Assembly (NCBI RefSeq): GCF_001194135.2
Contig: NC_068981.1
Location: 50,728,520 to 50,792,519, forward strand
Reading direction: 5' to 3'
Source: Octopus bimaculoides
Lineage: Eukaryota
Length of the DNA: 64,000 nucleotides
Shown here piece after piece: positions 27,095 to 41,099 of the stretch (its first letter is position 1; every line of letters starts with the position of its first letter). The notes below the pieces were generated by a model. The model was not told the origin of the DNA, did no database searches, and saw nothing but the letters and a program-made list of their open reading frames with translations. Made by a program: the position numbers and the translations under genes.

Positions 27095-27420
27095 TTACCT
27101 CTTACTTATTTCAAACATTAAATTTTAGGCATGATGGGGCACGTCCTTCAGGAATTTTATTCGAACGAATCAACCCATGTACGTTTTCTTAAGCCTGGTA
27201 CTTATTCTAACGAAATATTTTGCCGAACTGATAGGTTACACACCAACGTAAACAAATTAACACTGGTTGTCAAACAGTGGTGCTGGGATAGACACGATCA
27301 CACGCATGCACACACGCATATATATATATTACGGGCTTCTTTCCATTTCCGTCTACCAAATGCACTCACAAGACTTCGGCCCGAGGCTATAGTAGAAGGC
27401 ACCTGGGCAAGGTGCCACTC
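27095..27420 (-). mobile_element. OK-like SINE body with internal microsatellite
   Basis: aagcctggtacttattc...gccgaac...ggttgtcaa...ttccgtctaccaaat.cactcacaag...ggcccgaggctatagtagaag.cac.tgggcaaggtgcc. Confidence 0.8.
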
Positions 27421-29413
27421 GTCTTTATTCTCTTAATTAATCAGTTAATTGATCATATTTTTCGAGTGGCCACAACTCAGATACATTTTTCTTTATGTAC
27501 AAAAAGAAATACAGAATCATTCTCTCTCGATTGTCTTTTCTCAGTATATCTTCTCAGTAATGAATGGCACAATTTTAAAATCATTGTCTATAATTGTATC
27601 CTACTTCTATTGATAATCGTTTACACGAGTGTGTGCTGTAAGTTTCTTGGCTCTAAGAGCTTCGCGAAATGCCTTGTTGGTGGCACAAGCTTCCTAGCTC
27701 TTAGCAAAACTGAAGGACCGCTGCAATAAGTTTGAGAGGGGAATACGTTGAATAAAATCATAATTAACTGATCCTCATATATTTTCTTTTACCTAGACCT
27801 AAGAATGTTTCACCACAACACTTCGTAAAGTAGGCACAAAGCTGTGCATTTGGGCGTAGATTTAGTTGATTAAACCAACCGCAGTAATTTTCTAGCAATT
27901 TCAACGATCGAATCAATTGCAAAGTTAAATTACATAACAACCCGCGACATTCACAGTATTTTTTTGCCAGTTTTGTCACTGATGACAGCCATGTTATTGT
28001 AATCATCATTGAGAAGAACTTGATTTCTATGACAGTTGCCAGCACACGATTCGGTGCATTAAATGTTACAACTATATTGATACAACTATACCTAGAGCAC
28101 TTATGGTATATATAATATCAGTTTTCCACCGTCACATTAAGTTTTGGAAATAAAGTTAGAGAAACAACACACTTCTTATACGTTGATGTAACTACTTTTC
28201 ATGCAATGAGTTTCCAGTTCCAGCTTATATTTTGGATATATTTGAAGATCTAATTCCAAACCCAATATCCATTTCCCCTCCTCGCATTTATTAATTAGTT
28301 AATTTCAATACTGCAGCTTTACGAAAAAGATAAAACAAAAAAATGTAACTAATTTCGTCTCATTCCCTGAGCACGAAAGCAGCTATCTTTGATGGCTGCA
28401 GATAAGATAACCTATGAAAAAGATTAGATATCAATCATTAAATGTTAACTCTAAGTCCTTTGCATAGTATTGGTTTGTTGTCGTTGTCAGGATAAATCTC
28501 GATAAACATTAAGCAGGTAACTACTCTAAATTAATAGATTACGTTGTCTCTAAATTTAATAAGCCTGGCGGAACAGGAGCATTAATTATATCACCAGTCA
28601 CTTAGATTGCAATTCTGAAAACTTTCGTAATCTAATCGAAGAGTAAGAAGAATTATTTCATTGGTTTGCACTCAGGATGACAGGGAGGTACAAGGATAGA
28701 TAAATTACATACATGATGGTCGTTCTGTGATAGATTAGGCAATATATTTGAATGACAATTATTCTCTGATCATATAACGAATTAAAAGAGTTAGTGCTGT
28801 GTTTGTTTTCATAACAAAATAGCGGATCATTGAATAATTAGAGAGGATAGTGGAAACTCAGGTTTCCAAATATATCTAAAAATTGAAGCTACATCAGCAA
28901 GTACATTCAACGATATACTTTACTTCTGAAATGTAATTTGAATCTCTAATGATATTAGGATAGAGTTTACGATATATACGAATGTGTATGGAATACCTCC
29001 AAAAGATGGAATCGATAATGCGATATTGGTGATGTGTTTAGAAACTCTGCTCAAAGTACAAAGTACCTCCTAGAAAGAAAATAACATTTAAACACAAGAA
29101 TGCATATTCTTTTTTTAATTTAGATACTCAAGCTAGTACAGTGGGAGAATGAAATAAAAATAAGACTACACAGAATGTGGTAAAGAATGTGTACAGTTGC
29201 TACAAACGTTTGCCATGGCAAAACTATCTGGAAATATCATAGAAGGTTGAAAAGAACAAATAGTATTGCGTCGAAGGTTACAGATAACAAACCCGCTACT
29301 CATACAATATACCAGGAATTCCAACAAAACCTGACTTGATATCATAATGATGATGTTTATGGTGAGGATGATAATCTTCCAATATGATAATGAGTGTAGT
29401 GGTTTTATATATT

Positions 29414-29419
<6 letters not shown>

Positions 29420-29473
<54 letters not shown>

Positions 29474-29549
29474 CATATAATATATATATATACATTATAT
29501 ATATATATATATATATTTTTTTTTATATATATATATATATATTATATAC

Positions 29550-29581
<32 letters not shown>

Positions 29582-29582
29582 G
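29420..29582. repeat. (AT)n-rich microsatellite
   Basis: Directly visible. Confidence 0.95.
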
Positions 29583-29799
29583 TCTGAATTCACGCAGTAG
29601 AAGGTAGGGAGAGAAAGAATAGTATAATTGAAGGAAGAGGAGAGAAAATAGTAATTCAGTGAAGGGGAAGTAGTGAGAGTAATAGCCATGACTTTGGGGG
29701 CGTGAGAGAAAGTAACAGCACCGAGAGAGAGAGAGAGAGAGAGGGTGGGGAGACTAAGACAAGAGAATGAAATTGAAGTAGAATAAAATGTTTGCAGAG

Positions 29800-31925
29800 A
29801 GCGAATGAGAAGAATGGAAGAATTAGTTAATACTGAAACAAGCGAACGAAGAAATAATGAAAGGCAGCGGAAAACGAACTTCATGAGTGTTGTGCGAAGA
29901 GTTGGAAATCATGTAAATTTAGTAAATGATCGTACTTATAATGGAGAGAATTTTCAGGTTTATAACTATGGGGACATGAACGCATTATGTCAATTTTGTA
30001 GAACCAAACTAGTTTGTTGTAGAGCGGCTATCGGAAAGATACTTTAAAAATTGCTGCAATAAAGGTAATGTCTCGCCTCCGATTAGAAGAGAATTACCTC
30101 CATACCTACGATCTCTGTTGTCAGACTCTCAACATCCACATTATGTTAACTTCAAAGAAAACATTAGGTCATACAACACTGCTCTATTATTCGCATCAAT
30201 GGGTGCTCACATTGGTGTCTCACAAAGACAAGGTCCATTTTGCTTCATAGTGTACGACCGAGTTTATCACAAGAATTCGCATCCGGTTGAGGGCCAACAG
30301 AGGCAATTTATGCAACTATATATTGTTGACAGTGTTCATACCACCGCAGTGTGGGCTCCGAATGTAGCAAATGAAATATGTATACCTGAGGTAATGCACA
30401 GATTGGATGAGATTATCAGAGAGAACAATGTCTTTGTTGCATCTTACAGGACATTACGAGAAGTAGAACTGCATGAGGAACAGCATGCCCAACAGATGCA
30501 GAGGCCTATGTCGGTCGTAAATTTAGTCTTCAACAGGGATTGCACTGCTGATAGGCGGAATACAATTTACCAATAGGCAATGAAATAGCTATTGTCTTCA
30601 GCAACACTGACGGCGAGGCACCATTCAAGAGTGATTTCAAGATTTACCAAAGAAACAATGACGTCCATGTAATCAGTCTGAATATTCTTAGCCCCAGCCT
30701 CGACCCAATGACGTATGTATTGCTCTTTCTATATGAAGAGCCAGGTTGGTAACCACATGATTGGTATAGAAAAAGAGCAAACCCAAGGCAAAACTTTGCA
30801 ATGCTTCAATATAAATTATCTCTTACAGCAGTCAGAGATGGTGAGTTCAGCTCAGTTATCTATGAAGGTAAGCTCTTCCAGCGATCGCCAGTAGACTCGC
30901 CCCTGGAAGTCAAAGGTAACAATGTAAATTTTGTAAAAAAAACATTATCACGGATTAAAAGTAGAATAATAACGATCATTTACGAAATGCTGCTAATGCC
31001 ACAAGTGCCCATGCAGGACGTACAGATATTTTGCCGTCATCATTTCAAGGTTCTCCTAGGAATACGCATGAGCGGTATCAAAACACAATGGCAACTGTGC
31101 GCATATATGGACCTCTTGATATCTTCCTCACAATAACCTGCAATCCTAATTGACAAGAAATTAGAGAGAATTTACTTCCAGGCCAAACTTCATCAGATAG
31201 ACCGAACTTGCTGCCCCGTGTATTCCGTATAAAGCTGCATGAACACTTGAATGGCATCACTGAGAAACATATATTTAGAAGAGTTACTGCTTACTACTAC
31301 ACCACTGAATTTCAAAAGAGAGGCTTACAACATACCCACCTGTTGATCATTTTGCACCCTGATGATAAATTGGATCATCCTGAAAGAATTATCAAATTGT
31401 TTGTACCGAGATCCCAGATCCCGTCACTGATCCCTTACGACATGAAACAGTGAAAAGGTGCATGATCCCTGTTCCCTGTGGTGATCTCAACCCGACTGCT
31501 CCCTGCATGGAAAATAACAAGTGTCTTAAAGAATTACCAAAGGACTATACACAAGATACACGGATAAACCTAAACGGTTACTCGTTGTACAAGTGACGTC
31601 GAGGGTTATTAGTTCGATTTCGCAACGATGCAATAGACAACCGATATGTTGTGCCTTACAATTTATATCTGTGCCGTAAGATCAATGTTTATATTTGTGT
31701 TGAGATTTGCCTCTTCGTCTCCTCTGAGAAATATTTTTACAAGCATAACTATAAGGGATGTGACAACATCAATGTTAACATCAATGAAACAGCTTCAAAC
31801 AATGAGATTGTGCGCGATGAAGTACGCAAACATTTAGATGCTAGATATGTGAGTGCTCCTGGAAGTATTTGGCTCCTGTTTCAGAATAAAATGCATGACA
31901 GATCTCATTTAGTTGTTCGTTGTCC
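29800..31925 (+). mobile_element. Helitron Rep (HUH endonuclease) pseudogene remnant; helicase absent
   Basis: Frameshifted ORFs with NFKENIRSYNTALLFASMG, motif 1 IFLTITCNP (~31125), motif 2 EFQKRGLQHTHLLI (~31310) and VPYN.YL...IN...VEIC...KYFYK..YKG.D...DEV...LDARYVSAP. Confidence 0.9.
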
Positions 31926-32200
31926 ATCGACACACATTCAACAGTTACTTGTTATGTTTCTTTTCATTATATGTTTTTGGTAATTTCTGGTGCGAAGGCT
32001 TTGGTCTTGTGCAGCAATTAAAAATCCTTCAGTCTCTGCTTTGAGTCCTGAGCTTCTCAACCATTGCTGGGATTTTTCTCTGTCTATTTCTTTTGCATTT
32101 AGTTTAGCCCTCTATTTGCCATGAAGGGGCTTTTCTTGCCATCGTTTTATCACGGTCCGTTGCTGTTTTAGTTTTAGTTCAGATTTCATTTGTTGTATAG
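31925..32200 (-). mobile_element. R4/Dong LINE fragment
   Basis: Minus translation RWQEKPLHGK...EIDREKSQQWLRSSGLKAETEGFLIAAQDQSLRTRNYQKHI...C.MC. Confidence 0.85.
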
Positions 32201-32346
32201 CTTTTTTTTCTTCTTCTTCTTCTTCTTCATATTTATTAGGTAGTATGATTTCTTGTCTGTATTTGTCAGCTACCTTAAATACTGAAAACAGTTTTTTGGT
32301 TTGCTCGTTTTTCGTGGCTATTTGTATTAGTTTTAGTTTTCCTTGC

Positions 32347-32347
<1 letters not shown>

Positions 32348-32430
<83 letters not shown>
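32348..32430. repeat. (TTA)n microsatellite
   Basis: Directly visible. Confidence 0.95.
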
Positions 32431-32687
32431 GTTCCATTTATATTTTATGACTTGTAAACTTTCCGGTGTTGATTTCGCGTGTGCGTTTCCCACATGTTTC
32501 ACTGAGACATCGTGCATAGGAAACACTGTGCTTTTTTTGGCAGTAAAATTACTTTTTTTGTGATCATTTTCTTTAACAGGCCGCCGCTTCCTTCAAGTCT
32601 TCCACATGTTTCTTTATCCCATTCGACCGATGTTATGAGATTAGATTTGTTTTTGAATGGAAAGCCCGTTGTAGCACATCCATGTTG

Positions 32688-32737
32688 TTATTCAGCGCGG
32701 AGCTCTTCCTTCTTATTCAGCGTGAAGCTCTTCCTTC
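32688..32737 (+). repeat. 25-bp tandem duplication
   Basis: ttattcagcgcggagctcttccttc / ttattcagcgtgaagctcttccttc. Confidence 0.9.
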
Positions 32738-33337
32738 TCAGCTGAGCAAGCACCCATCTAGAATTAGTAGAATACTGTACATAATACCGTCGGTGTATTT
32801 AGTTATATATCTTTCTTCATATTGACTTTCATCGCCATGGTGTCATTGAGATGCGCAACAATTAAGTAGACACGTTGCTTTAATCGAATGAGATCTCTAC
32901 ATATTAAACAAATTTCTATCATGAGAAATCTACAGTTGGAAGGTCGATGACCGAATAGATAGAGAGCCGTAAGAAATTATCAGTAATCTCGAGAACTATT
33001 CCTTTTCATCTAAGTACAAAATCGGCTAGTCGTGATATACTCCCTTCTATCGTTCCCATAAAGATGACATTTAAATATTTGGGTCCATTAAATCGATTTA
33101 CTCTTCAAAATGTTAGCTTTAATAAATATTTAAAAGAAAACATTGTGATATATAATACTTTCAAATCTTATATCATGGAGATGCGTGTACAGGGTCTATA
33201 AATCAATTTTGTAATACTAACAAAAGCATTCATCATGTCACACATCCTACATGGCATTAAATTGCTATTTCTATATATGAGGTTCCTTGACATTGTAAAA
33301 TGAAATGATACACAGTGAAATATTCTTTTTCTACGTT

Positions 33338-33455
33338 AGGCACAAATCCTGAAATTTCGCGTGAGTGGCTAAGTCAATTACATCGGCCCCAGCAAACGAC
33401 TGGTAACTTTCTCTTCTAGCCCTACAGGGTGAAACTAAAGTCAATCCCGGCTATA
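33338..33455 (-). mobile_element. OR2/CORE-like SINE fragment
   Basis: aggcacaa...gaaattt...agtcaattacatcggccccag...ctggtaact is the reverse complement of the SINE 3' half. Confidence 0.6.
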
Positions 33456-36400
33456 TAAGTTATTGATGCAAATTATTCTGTGGCAAATTTCCAAGTACCT
33501 GAATATATTTATTGAAAAAAATATAAGACATTATAGTTCATCGTAGTAACTGATGTCAGATAACGGTTTTTTCCAAAGTTGTATCTTCCAGAGTACACAA
33601 CTTTGGCAAACCGGAATTTATTTGACATTCTACTTATGTTGAATTTAATTTCACGTTTTCATAGCGAAATCCATGAAGCCTTCCCTTATTTTATAAATGT
33701 GTCTTCCAATGCAAATTTACATGCTATCTAAATGCATTGGGATGGTTTCATGTTTGCAGAGGTCGCAGATGTTTGTGCCAACTGGTTAATGTTTCGGTTT
33801 TTCAAAACTCCATAAGCAACTGTTTTGGCTGTGTGATGTTTAAACTTAACAGTATGTTGTTTAAACACAACAGCTAGTCACAATGCAATTTTCATGACAT
33901 TCAGAATACGTCACACTTTTGCATTAAAATATTCAATCGGAAAAACCACATCGAAAATATATTTTAAATTTCCTGTGTTAATCCTTAAGTGAGTCTGTTC
34001 TCTATGATATGGAATTTAATTGTTACAAATATTTCCCATTATTTTTTAACCATTATTAAAGCATCGGCTATTTAATTTCAAACAGAGGAGAGTTATATGG
34101 GAATGTAGTGCCAGTCTAATACAGTTTCCTTTAAAATTAAAGGCATTATACCTAAATTTCTCAGTCACCTTCTCACTGTTACTGCTGTTCTCGATATACT
34201 GTTGGGCACTCCAGTTATTATATTACTTCGTGTCACATTTTTCGTCGCGCAACTTGGCACAAACATCATCGACATAGATGCATTTTTAGTTATATGATAC
34301 TTTTGATGGGTTAATGATACTTTTCTAATTTCAATTGTATTACTTATGTTAGAATTGAGCACCAACAATAAAATTCATTATTTTATTTATTAACCTCAAA
34401 TAATATACCCAATTTTCCGTGGAAAAATAATTATTACCACCGTGACTGCGTATGGTGTCTTAGAGCTAATTCTTTTATCTTATATTCACATTACTCTAAT
34501 ATTTGTCGAGTGAGAAGTAATATTTTCTTTGGTAGCACGTGCTGGTATTTACGTTAGAAACGTTGCATCCTGATTTTAAATTTCGTTGGTAGTTATCAAA
34601 GAATAAGCTAAATATCATTCAGGTAGTTAAGACGAAGACCTCGCAAAGCCCGCTTACAAAACATGATTATTTCGTCCTCAAAATGAGAATTTGCAAGTCA
34701 TTCTTATGTTTTTGTGATATTCCATATAAGAAGATGCGATATTTACAAAGGTAACAATATTTTAATAACTGTATATCATTAAAACACTTAAGAAAGCTTA
34801 TGAATGTTGCTATACCTTACCCGTTTTTATATCTACTTCTGTAAAATTGTAATCCCCTTTGTCCAGTCAAAGATACCTTTCTTAATATGATTAAGGTGAA
34901 CATAATATAATGACCAACAGACTGTGGATAAAATTATCTAGTATATTTAGTTTCGTTCATATAAATTGCGTGTAATAAATCCACTAACCTTAAATTAGTT
35001 TTCATCACTCCTCATTCGATTTAATATATACTACTCTTCGTTTCATAATGATTTAATCGATTACCTTACATGATTTCGAGTGTGCTGGTGTACGGCAACT
35101 TTATTATGATGAATACCACTGTTAATAACAATATAAATAAGAAAAAGAAAAATTCGTCATCAGAATAAAAAGATCCTGCCTGTATTTTTAAAAAGAAAAA
35201 GAAAATAAAACACTAAAACGAAAATAATTAATTGCGGTACTGTAAAATTCTCCAGATTTAGCAATTAGTAATTAGACAATCAGAATCTGAAATGACCTTT
35301 AGTGAATAAGAGTCATTGATATTCCATAAAACATTCCCACGTGATCATTAGCTAGGAATTGATATTCCATAAACCTTTCCCATTTTGGATCATTAGCAAC
35401 AAATTCTAATCTGCAAATATAAGGCAAACGACACAGCTCGCACAGCGAATAGTTTTCATTAATGAGATCAACTTAAAGTGATAAATATTAAATCATTCAT
35501 CAGCTGGTCAGTATTTCGATTTCTACTAAAAATCAAACTAGAAAATTGGAGGTTTTGCTTTCCAAATTTATGCCGTAGTAAATACATATTAAATGAATAT
35601 TTCTGCGTCACACGTTGCGTAACATACATGACGAAAATACATGATGGCATTTCAAGTAAATTATTGCAATAAGTAGATATGTGAAGCTGATTCAGCTAAA
35701 AGCAATAACTACATGTACTTTCGAAATGATCTTGTATAGTTGGGTTTGAGGAGTTAAAGAGTCGTTTTGCGACTGTCCAAAACTGATGTTGGTGAAGAGA
35801 AAAATGTATAACTCTTGAATTTTTCAATCAGGAAGAGACACAGAGTAGTACGATTTTCCATCATGTGAATACCTTTGTTCCAAGAATTGTCACAGGTTGG
35901 ACTACGCTAAATTACGGCAAAAGCTCGGTGACGATGTTCCGTCACGCGATGCTTGAATATTATTTCCCCTTAAAATGTTCATATGAGGACTTTCGATTTA
36001 AACAAGGTGTTCAGCAGTATTATAGAACCTGAGGCCATGTGATTCTCAAGTGAACTTAACTGCACAACGATGTCAGCATGTTTGACAGTTTCTCAGAGAC
36101 ACTGGTGTGGGAATGCATTTACATAATGTGATCATTTCTGATTTCGCTCATATTCATATGTCAATATTTTAGTCCCTCGTAATAGATTCAGTGCAACAGT
36201 GGAATTTTCAATATTTTTACCAATCGAAAATACTTAGGCGTTGATATAAACTGAAACAAAAACTAAATATGCAGATCAGCACATTTTGTTTTGTGCTAAT
36301 TCTAGATAATGTTTGAGCTACTGCATACAAATTTTTACACAACGGATACATCAGATTCCACACATAGAGCCTTCATTTCAGCTACTATGATTAATATATT

Positions 36401-36594
36401 GCTGGTGTCTTAAAAGTATTTTAATACCATGTTGTACACTAATTCATAATGCATTTACCGAATTTCATTCAAATCTGTAACTGTGATATACATGAAGTTA
36501 TCACACACACTCACACACACTCACATGCATGTGTATGTATGTATCTATGTACGTATGTATGACCGCTCAAATTTACAAATTTTTTTCAATCTCT

Positions 36595-36739
36595 ACTTTA
36601 TTTTATTCCTCTCTGCTGAAGAGTGTAGGCTCGAAATGTAAAATATTTTTCATTTTTCATTTTTCCCGAGCGTCAAACTAATACACTTGTTTGTTTGTTC
36701 ATACAACTGACTTCGTCTTTTGTTTTTCTATAAATTTCA

Positions 36740-36745
<6 letters not shown>
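36595..36745 (+). mobile_element. Penelope-like terminal (pLTR-type) fragment
   Basis: ctgaagag...ctcgaaatgta motif followed by gagcgtcaaactaatacac, typical of PLE ends (inference). Confidence 0.45.
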
Positions 36746-36779
<34 letters not shown>

Positions 36780-37400
36780 NNNNNNNNNNNNNNNNNNNNN
36801 NNNNNNNNNNNNNNNNNNNNNNNNNNNNNNNNNNNNNNNNNNNNNNNNNNNNNNNNNNNNNNNNNNNNNNNNNNNNNNNNNNNNNNNNNNNNNNNNNNNN
36901 NNNNNNNNNNNNNNNNNNNNNNNNNNNNNNNNNNNNNNNNNNNNNNNNNNNNNNNNNNNNNNNNNNNNNNNNNNNNNNNNNNNNNNNNNNNNNNNNNNNN
37001 NNNNNNNNNNNNNNNNNNNNNNNNNNNNNNNNNNNNNNNNNNNNNNNNNNNNNNNNNNNNNNNNNNNNNNNNNNNNNNNNNNNNNNNNNNNNNNNNNNNN
37101 NNNNNNNNNNNNNNNNNNNNNNNNNNNNNNNNNNNNNNNNNNNNNNNNNNNNNNNNNNNNNNNNNNNNNNNNNNNNNNNNNNNNNNNNNNNNNNNNNNNN
37201 NNNNNNNNNNNNNNNNNNNNNNNNNNNNNNNNNNNNNNNNNNNNNNNNNNNNNNNNNNNNNNNNNNNNNNNNNNNNNNNNNNNNNNNNNNNNNNNNNNNN
37301 NNNNNNNNNNNNNNNNNNNNNNNNNNNNNNNNNNNNNNNNNNNNNNNNNNNNNNNNNNNNNNNNNNNNNNNNNNNNNNNNNNNNNNNNNNNNNNNNNNNN

Positions 37401-37492
<92 letters not shown>

Positions 37493-37495
37493 TGT
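37401..37495. repeat. (TG)n microsatellite
   Basis: Directly visible. Confidence 0.95.
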
Positions 37496-40049
37496 GTATT
37501 CATTATTGATAGGTTTACTCGGTTTATTGATCAATGAGGTAAATAGAAAGACCTAAGAAAGTAAATGATACCTTCGTCAGAGCCATTGCTAGAAATATCA
37601 AGCCGAACACTTAAAGAATGGCTATTGTCTGGGGGAAGTGGGGGAAGATTGGTATGCTTAAGTAGAAAAGGTAAAGTCAGGTTACAATGGGGTGGAAGCA
37701 ATTGAGGGAGTGGTACTTAGTAGAAGTAGCAGTATTAATATAATTACTAGTAATATTATTAATAGTTGTAGTAATATTATTGTAGTTGTAGTAGTAGTAG
37801 GAGTATTAGGGACAATCAAAAACATAGGTCAGCAACATTACCATATTGGCATTGCATATAAGTCGAATATTCTCCAGCCAATGTGCTGAAATTTGATATG
37901 GGTTTTCATGGACATGGGGTGAGTGTCTAAGAGTAATTTTAATCTAGCATAGTGGGGGAACAATTTTAGAGGATTAGAATATATTGCAGAGTAATATGCT
38001 ATACCAAAACAATTAGGATGATGATTACATCATCATCAACATTAATCATAATCTTCATCAACAATAATACCAATAATATTAAAATTACAATAATATTATC
38101 TTCCAAAACAATAACAGCAGTAGCAATGCCAATAAAGATGGGGAAATAATAAAACAAATATAAAATAGTAATAGTCCTAATGCTGGCTGAATATAGAAAA
38201 TTCAAGTTAAAATAAAATATAAAATCCTAAAGGAATAAAATAGGACAAATAAAATAAAATTTAAAACAATATTTTTTTTTAATCCCTCACTGTTTGTGTG
38301 TGCGTGTGTGTGTATTTGAAATCCAGGTGGAGAGTGGTGGTTTGTTCACATCTAAAAATTATATCGTTTATTTGTTTTATTCCTATTGACTGCGGCCATA
38401 ATGGGGGCACCTATATATAAATTATATATATATAACGCTGTCCCTTTCAGTGGACATGTTAGTTTTCTTTCTACCAATAGCTGCCATAAGAGAAAGTGCT
38501 ATTTCAATCTACGTATTGCCACAGTCTGAAATGATCTTTGGGGAAATTTTCTGTCATACCACTAACCATTTCAAACACTTGTAATTCGATGTGTCAGGTT
38601 TCTCTCCTGTTTCACACAATTTGAATGTTCCACACGAATTCTCTCATCAAAGTTTAAGTTATGCACGCACTGCATCGTATATAACATCCACATCTTTTCC
38701 AAAAACACCGTCTTCCAATGTCACACAAACAATGCATAATCACATTACATCAGGCATTTGCAGCTTTCATGGTAAACGCAGTTATTGAAATTATTTCATA
38801 CAGAATCGAGACTTAATCTGGAATTCAATTCTCAATAAAATCGACTGCTTGAGTTAAAATTTTAGAAGAAATGAGTGAAAATAAAATCTAACAAAGATAG
38901 TTGAGAGGAGCACACGTTTTCTGTATGTCAATTGGCATATATGTTGACAGATGTACTTTCAGATATCGTTCTGTTTGTGCATATTTTGTACGAGTAAATC
39001 ATACGCAACGATCGATCGTAATATGCAGATATTTATATTACTTACAATGAAGGAATTTTAATTTCAAATATTCATAAGTATATTCATCAGTGATACATAC
39101 GTAGGCGGAAAGAACTACAGCGACACACACACTCACACGCACACACACATGCGTACACACATGCATACAAGCGCGCGCAAACACACGACACACACACATA
39201 CGTGTGCGTATGTATGTATGTATATATGTATGTATATGTTTGTATGTATTAATGTACACATAAATAATGTTGCAAACACACATACACGATGTATATGTAA
39301 CACATTTTCAGGAAATGTTTACATACACATATACACATAAGTATGTATATATGTGTGTGTTTCTGTATGTGTGTGTCCGTGTGTGTGAGCGTGTTTATGT
39401 GTTTTACACATATATATTTATCTGTAAAGGTGTATAGGTGTATAGGTATATATATGTGTCTGTGAGTATATGCATATGTCGTTTTTGTTTGTTTTTTTCT
39501 CTTCTGTATATCAAACAAAGTAGAAAAATTGAATAGGGACAGTTTCGCTTTTAGTTACGAGCAATTTAAATTCCAATTATGAGTGCTATTATTTTATAGC
39601 CTGACATCTTTATGAAGTGAGAAGTTATTGTCATTGTGAAAAGAGAAATATCATAATATACACTGATAAAAAAAATAAAAGACAAATGGAATGACAATAT
39701 TATAGACACAAGCTGACAAGAAACAAACAGATGCACACAAGCACGCATATACATATAGAACAAGAACACTGTTAAACAATTACATAGTTTTTGGAAGAGG
39801 ATTTATTGCTTCTGTTTTTACTAACACAATGTTGACTATAAATCAACATTTCACAGCATACTTCTCTTCGCATCATGTAGCTTGTTTTAAATCAGTCTCA
39901 CATTGCATCCTTCAATATAACAACTTTTGTTTCAAAATATCCTTTTATCTATCTACTTAACTGCAGCCACCCCTTTCACTTTATCTCTATAAATACATGC
40001 CACTATCAATCTCTCTGTGTATGCTTTCCATCGCAACAGACTTACTTCG

Positions 40050-40145
40050 CAAGCAAGTGGTGTTACCTTGGATAATTATCTTCAGTCGGCCAAATCCTTT
40101 TGAGTTCATTTGATAGGAGAACGAAAGAAACCCGTCTTGTATGTA
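40050..40145 (+). mobile_element. OK-like SINE fragment
   Basis: accttggataa...gtcggccaaatccttttgagttcatttgata...gaaagaaacccgtc. Confidence 0.55.
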
Positions 40146-40359
40146 TATATATATATATATACACATATGAACGTGTCTTATGTATATGTTTTTCCTCTAC
40201 CACCGATTATAAACAGGTATTCCTTTAGTTACGTCCTCGATGTGTGCCACTAATCCCTTTAAGGTAATGCCCTAGCAATGCCGAATTACATTGAACCAAT
40301 GAACGATAAAATATAGTATATATATATAATTATACACACGAACACACGCATATATATTA

Positions 40360-40585
40360 TCATTTATTTGTTTTTAACTTTTATTGGATGCACTGCCTTG
40401 AAGAATTTTTAATCGAATGAATCAATCCCAAACATATATTTTATACCTGGTACTTATTCTACCTGTTCTTTTCTCGAACCGCTAGATGCAGTAGCGTAAA
40501 CACAAGGTGCCGCGCGGTGGAACGGAACTCGGAACCATGTTGTTGCAAAGCAAACATGTTACTACACAGCTGTGTGTTGGCATGT
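40360..40585 (-). mobile_element. OK-like SINE with internal deletion
   Basis: 3' part (cctggtacttattc...gaaccgcta) joined to the head (caaggtgccgcgc...gaactcggaaccatgt). Confidence 0.7.
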
Positions 40586-41099
40586 ATGTATTTATGTATA
40601 TATGTATATATATATATATATTCATATATTGCACTCTGGAAAAAATAAAGTACATTAACGCTTTGAATTTTAAAATCAAAATAACAAATATTGCACGTTA
40701 AATGCACAGCCTTAGTAAAATAATTGTTTAATTTAATTGCAAATTGTAGTAGGATGATAGAAGCCAACCTGATAGTGAATTTGAGATGTTTTGAAATAAT
40801 TTTAATGACAATTTGTATTTAGATAACAGAATCTTTGGGTATATGTACGTTAGCAACTACAATCATTAGATTTATGTAGCATTTGTAAGTTTTTATTTTC
40901 CGTGTGTGGGAATTATATTTATTGTTTCTTGGTCTTTAACCGATAGTTTCGGCTAATCATTTGTGCATCGGACAAAATGCCATCTTCGGGCTCTTTATGC
41001 CAACACGTTTATTACTTTTACACATTTTCTGTCGATAATAATATTAAACACCAGAGCAGTGCTGGTGTTTATGCAATCGACAATCTCCATCACTCTAAA

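Noticed and set aside
34150-34370. Cadherin-like wording (LTVTAV...GT.IIDIDA); similar hints at 24940 and 28900
   Set aside because: The diagnostic DxNDNxP, LDYE/LDRE and AxDxD motifs are missing.
36616-36640. CUGAAGA...GAAA hammerhead-like core; also CUGACGA at 59075
   Set aside because: No stem I pairing at 36616. At 59075 there is no correctly ordered GAAA or helices. At best these are dead PLE remnants.
38590-38790. TGEKP linker on the minus strand (C2H2 ZNF gene)
   Set aside because: One linker only, with no flanking CxxC...HxxxH fingers in frame.
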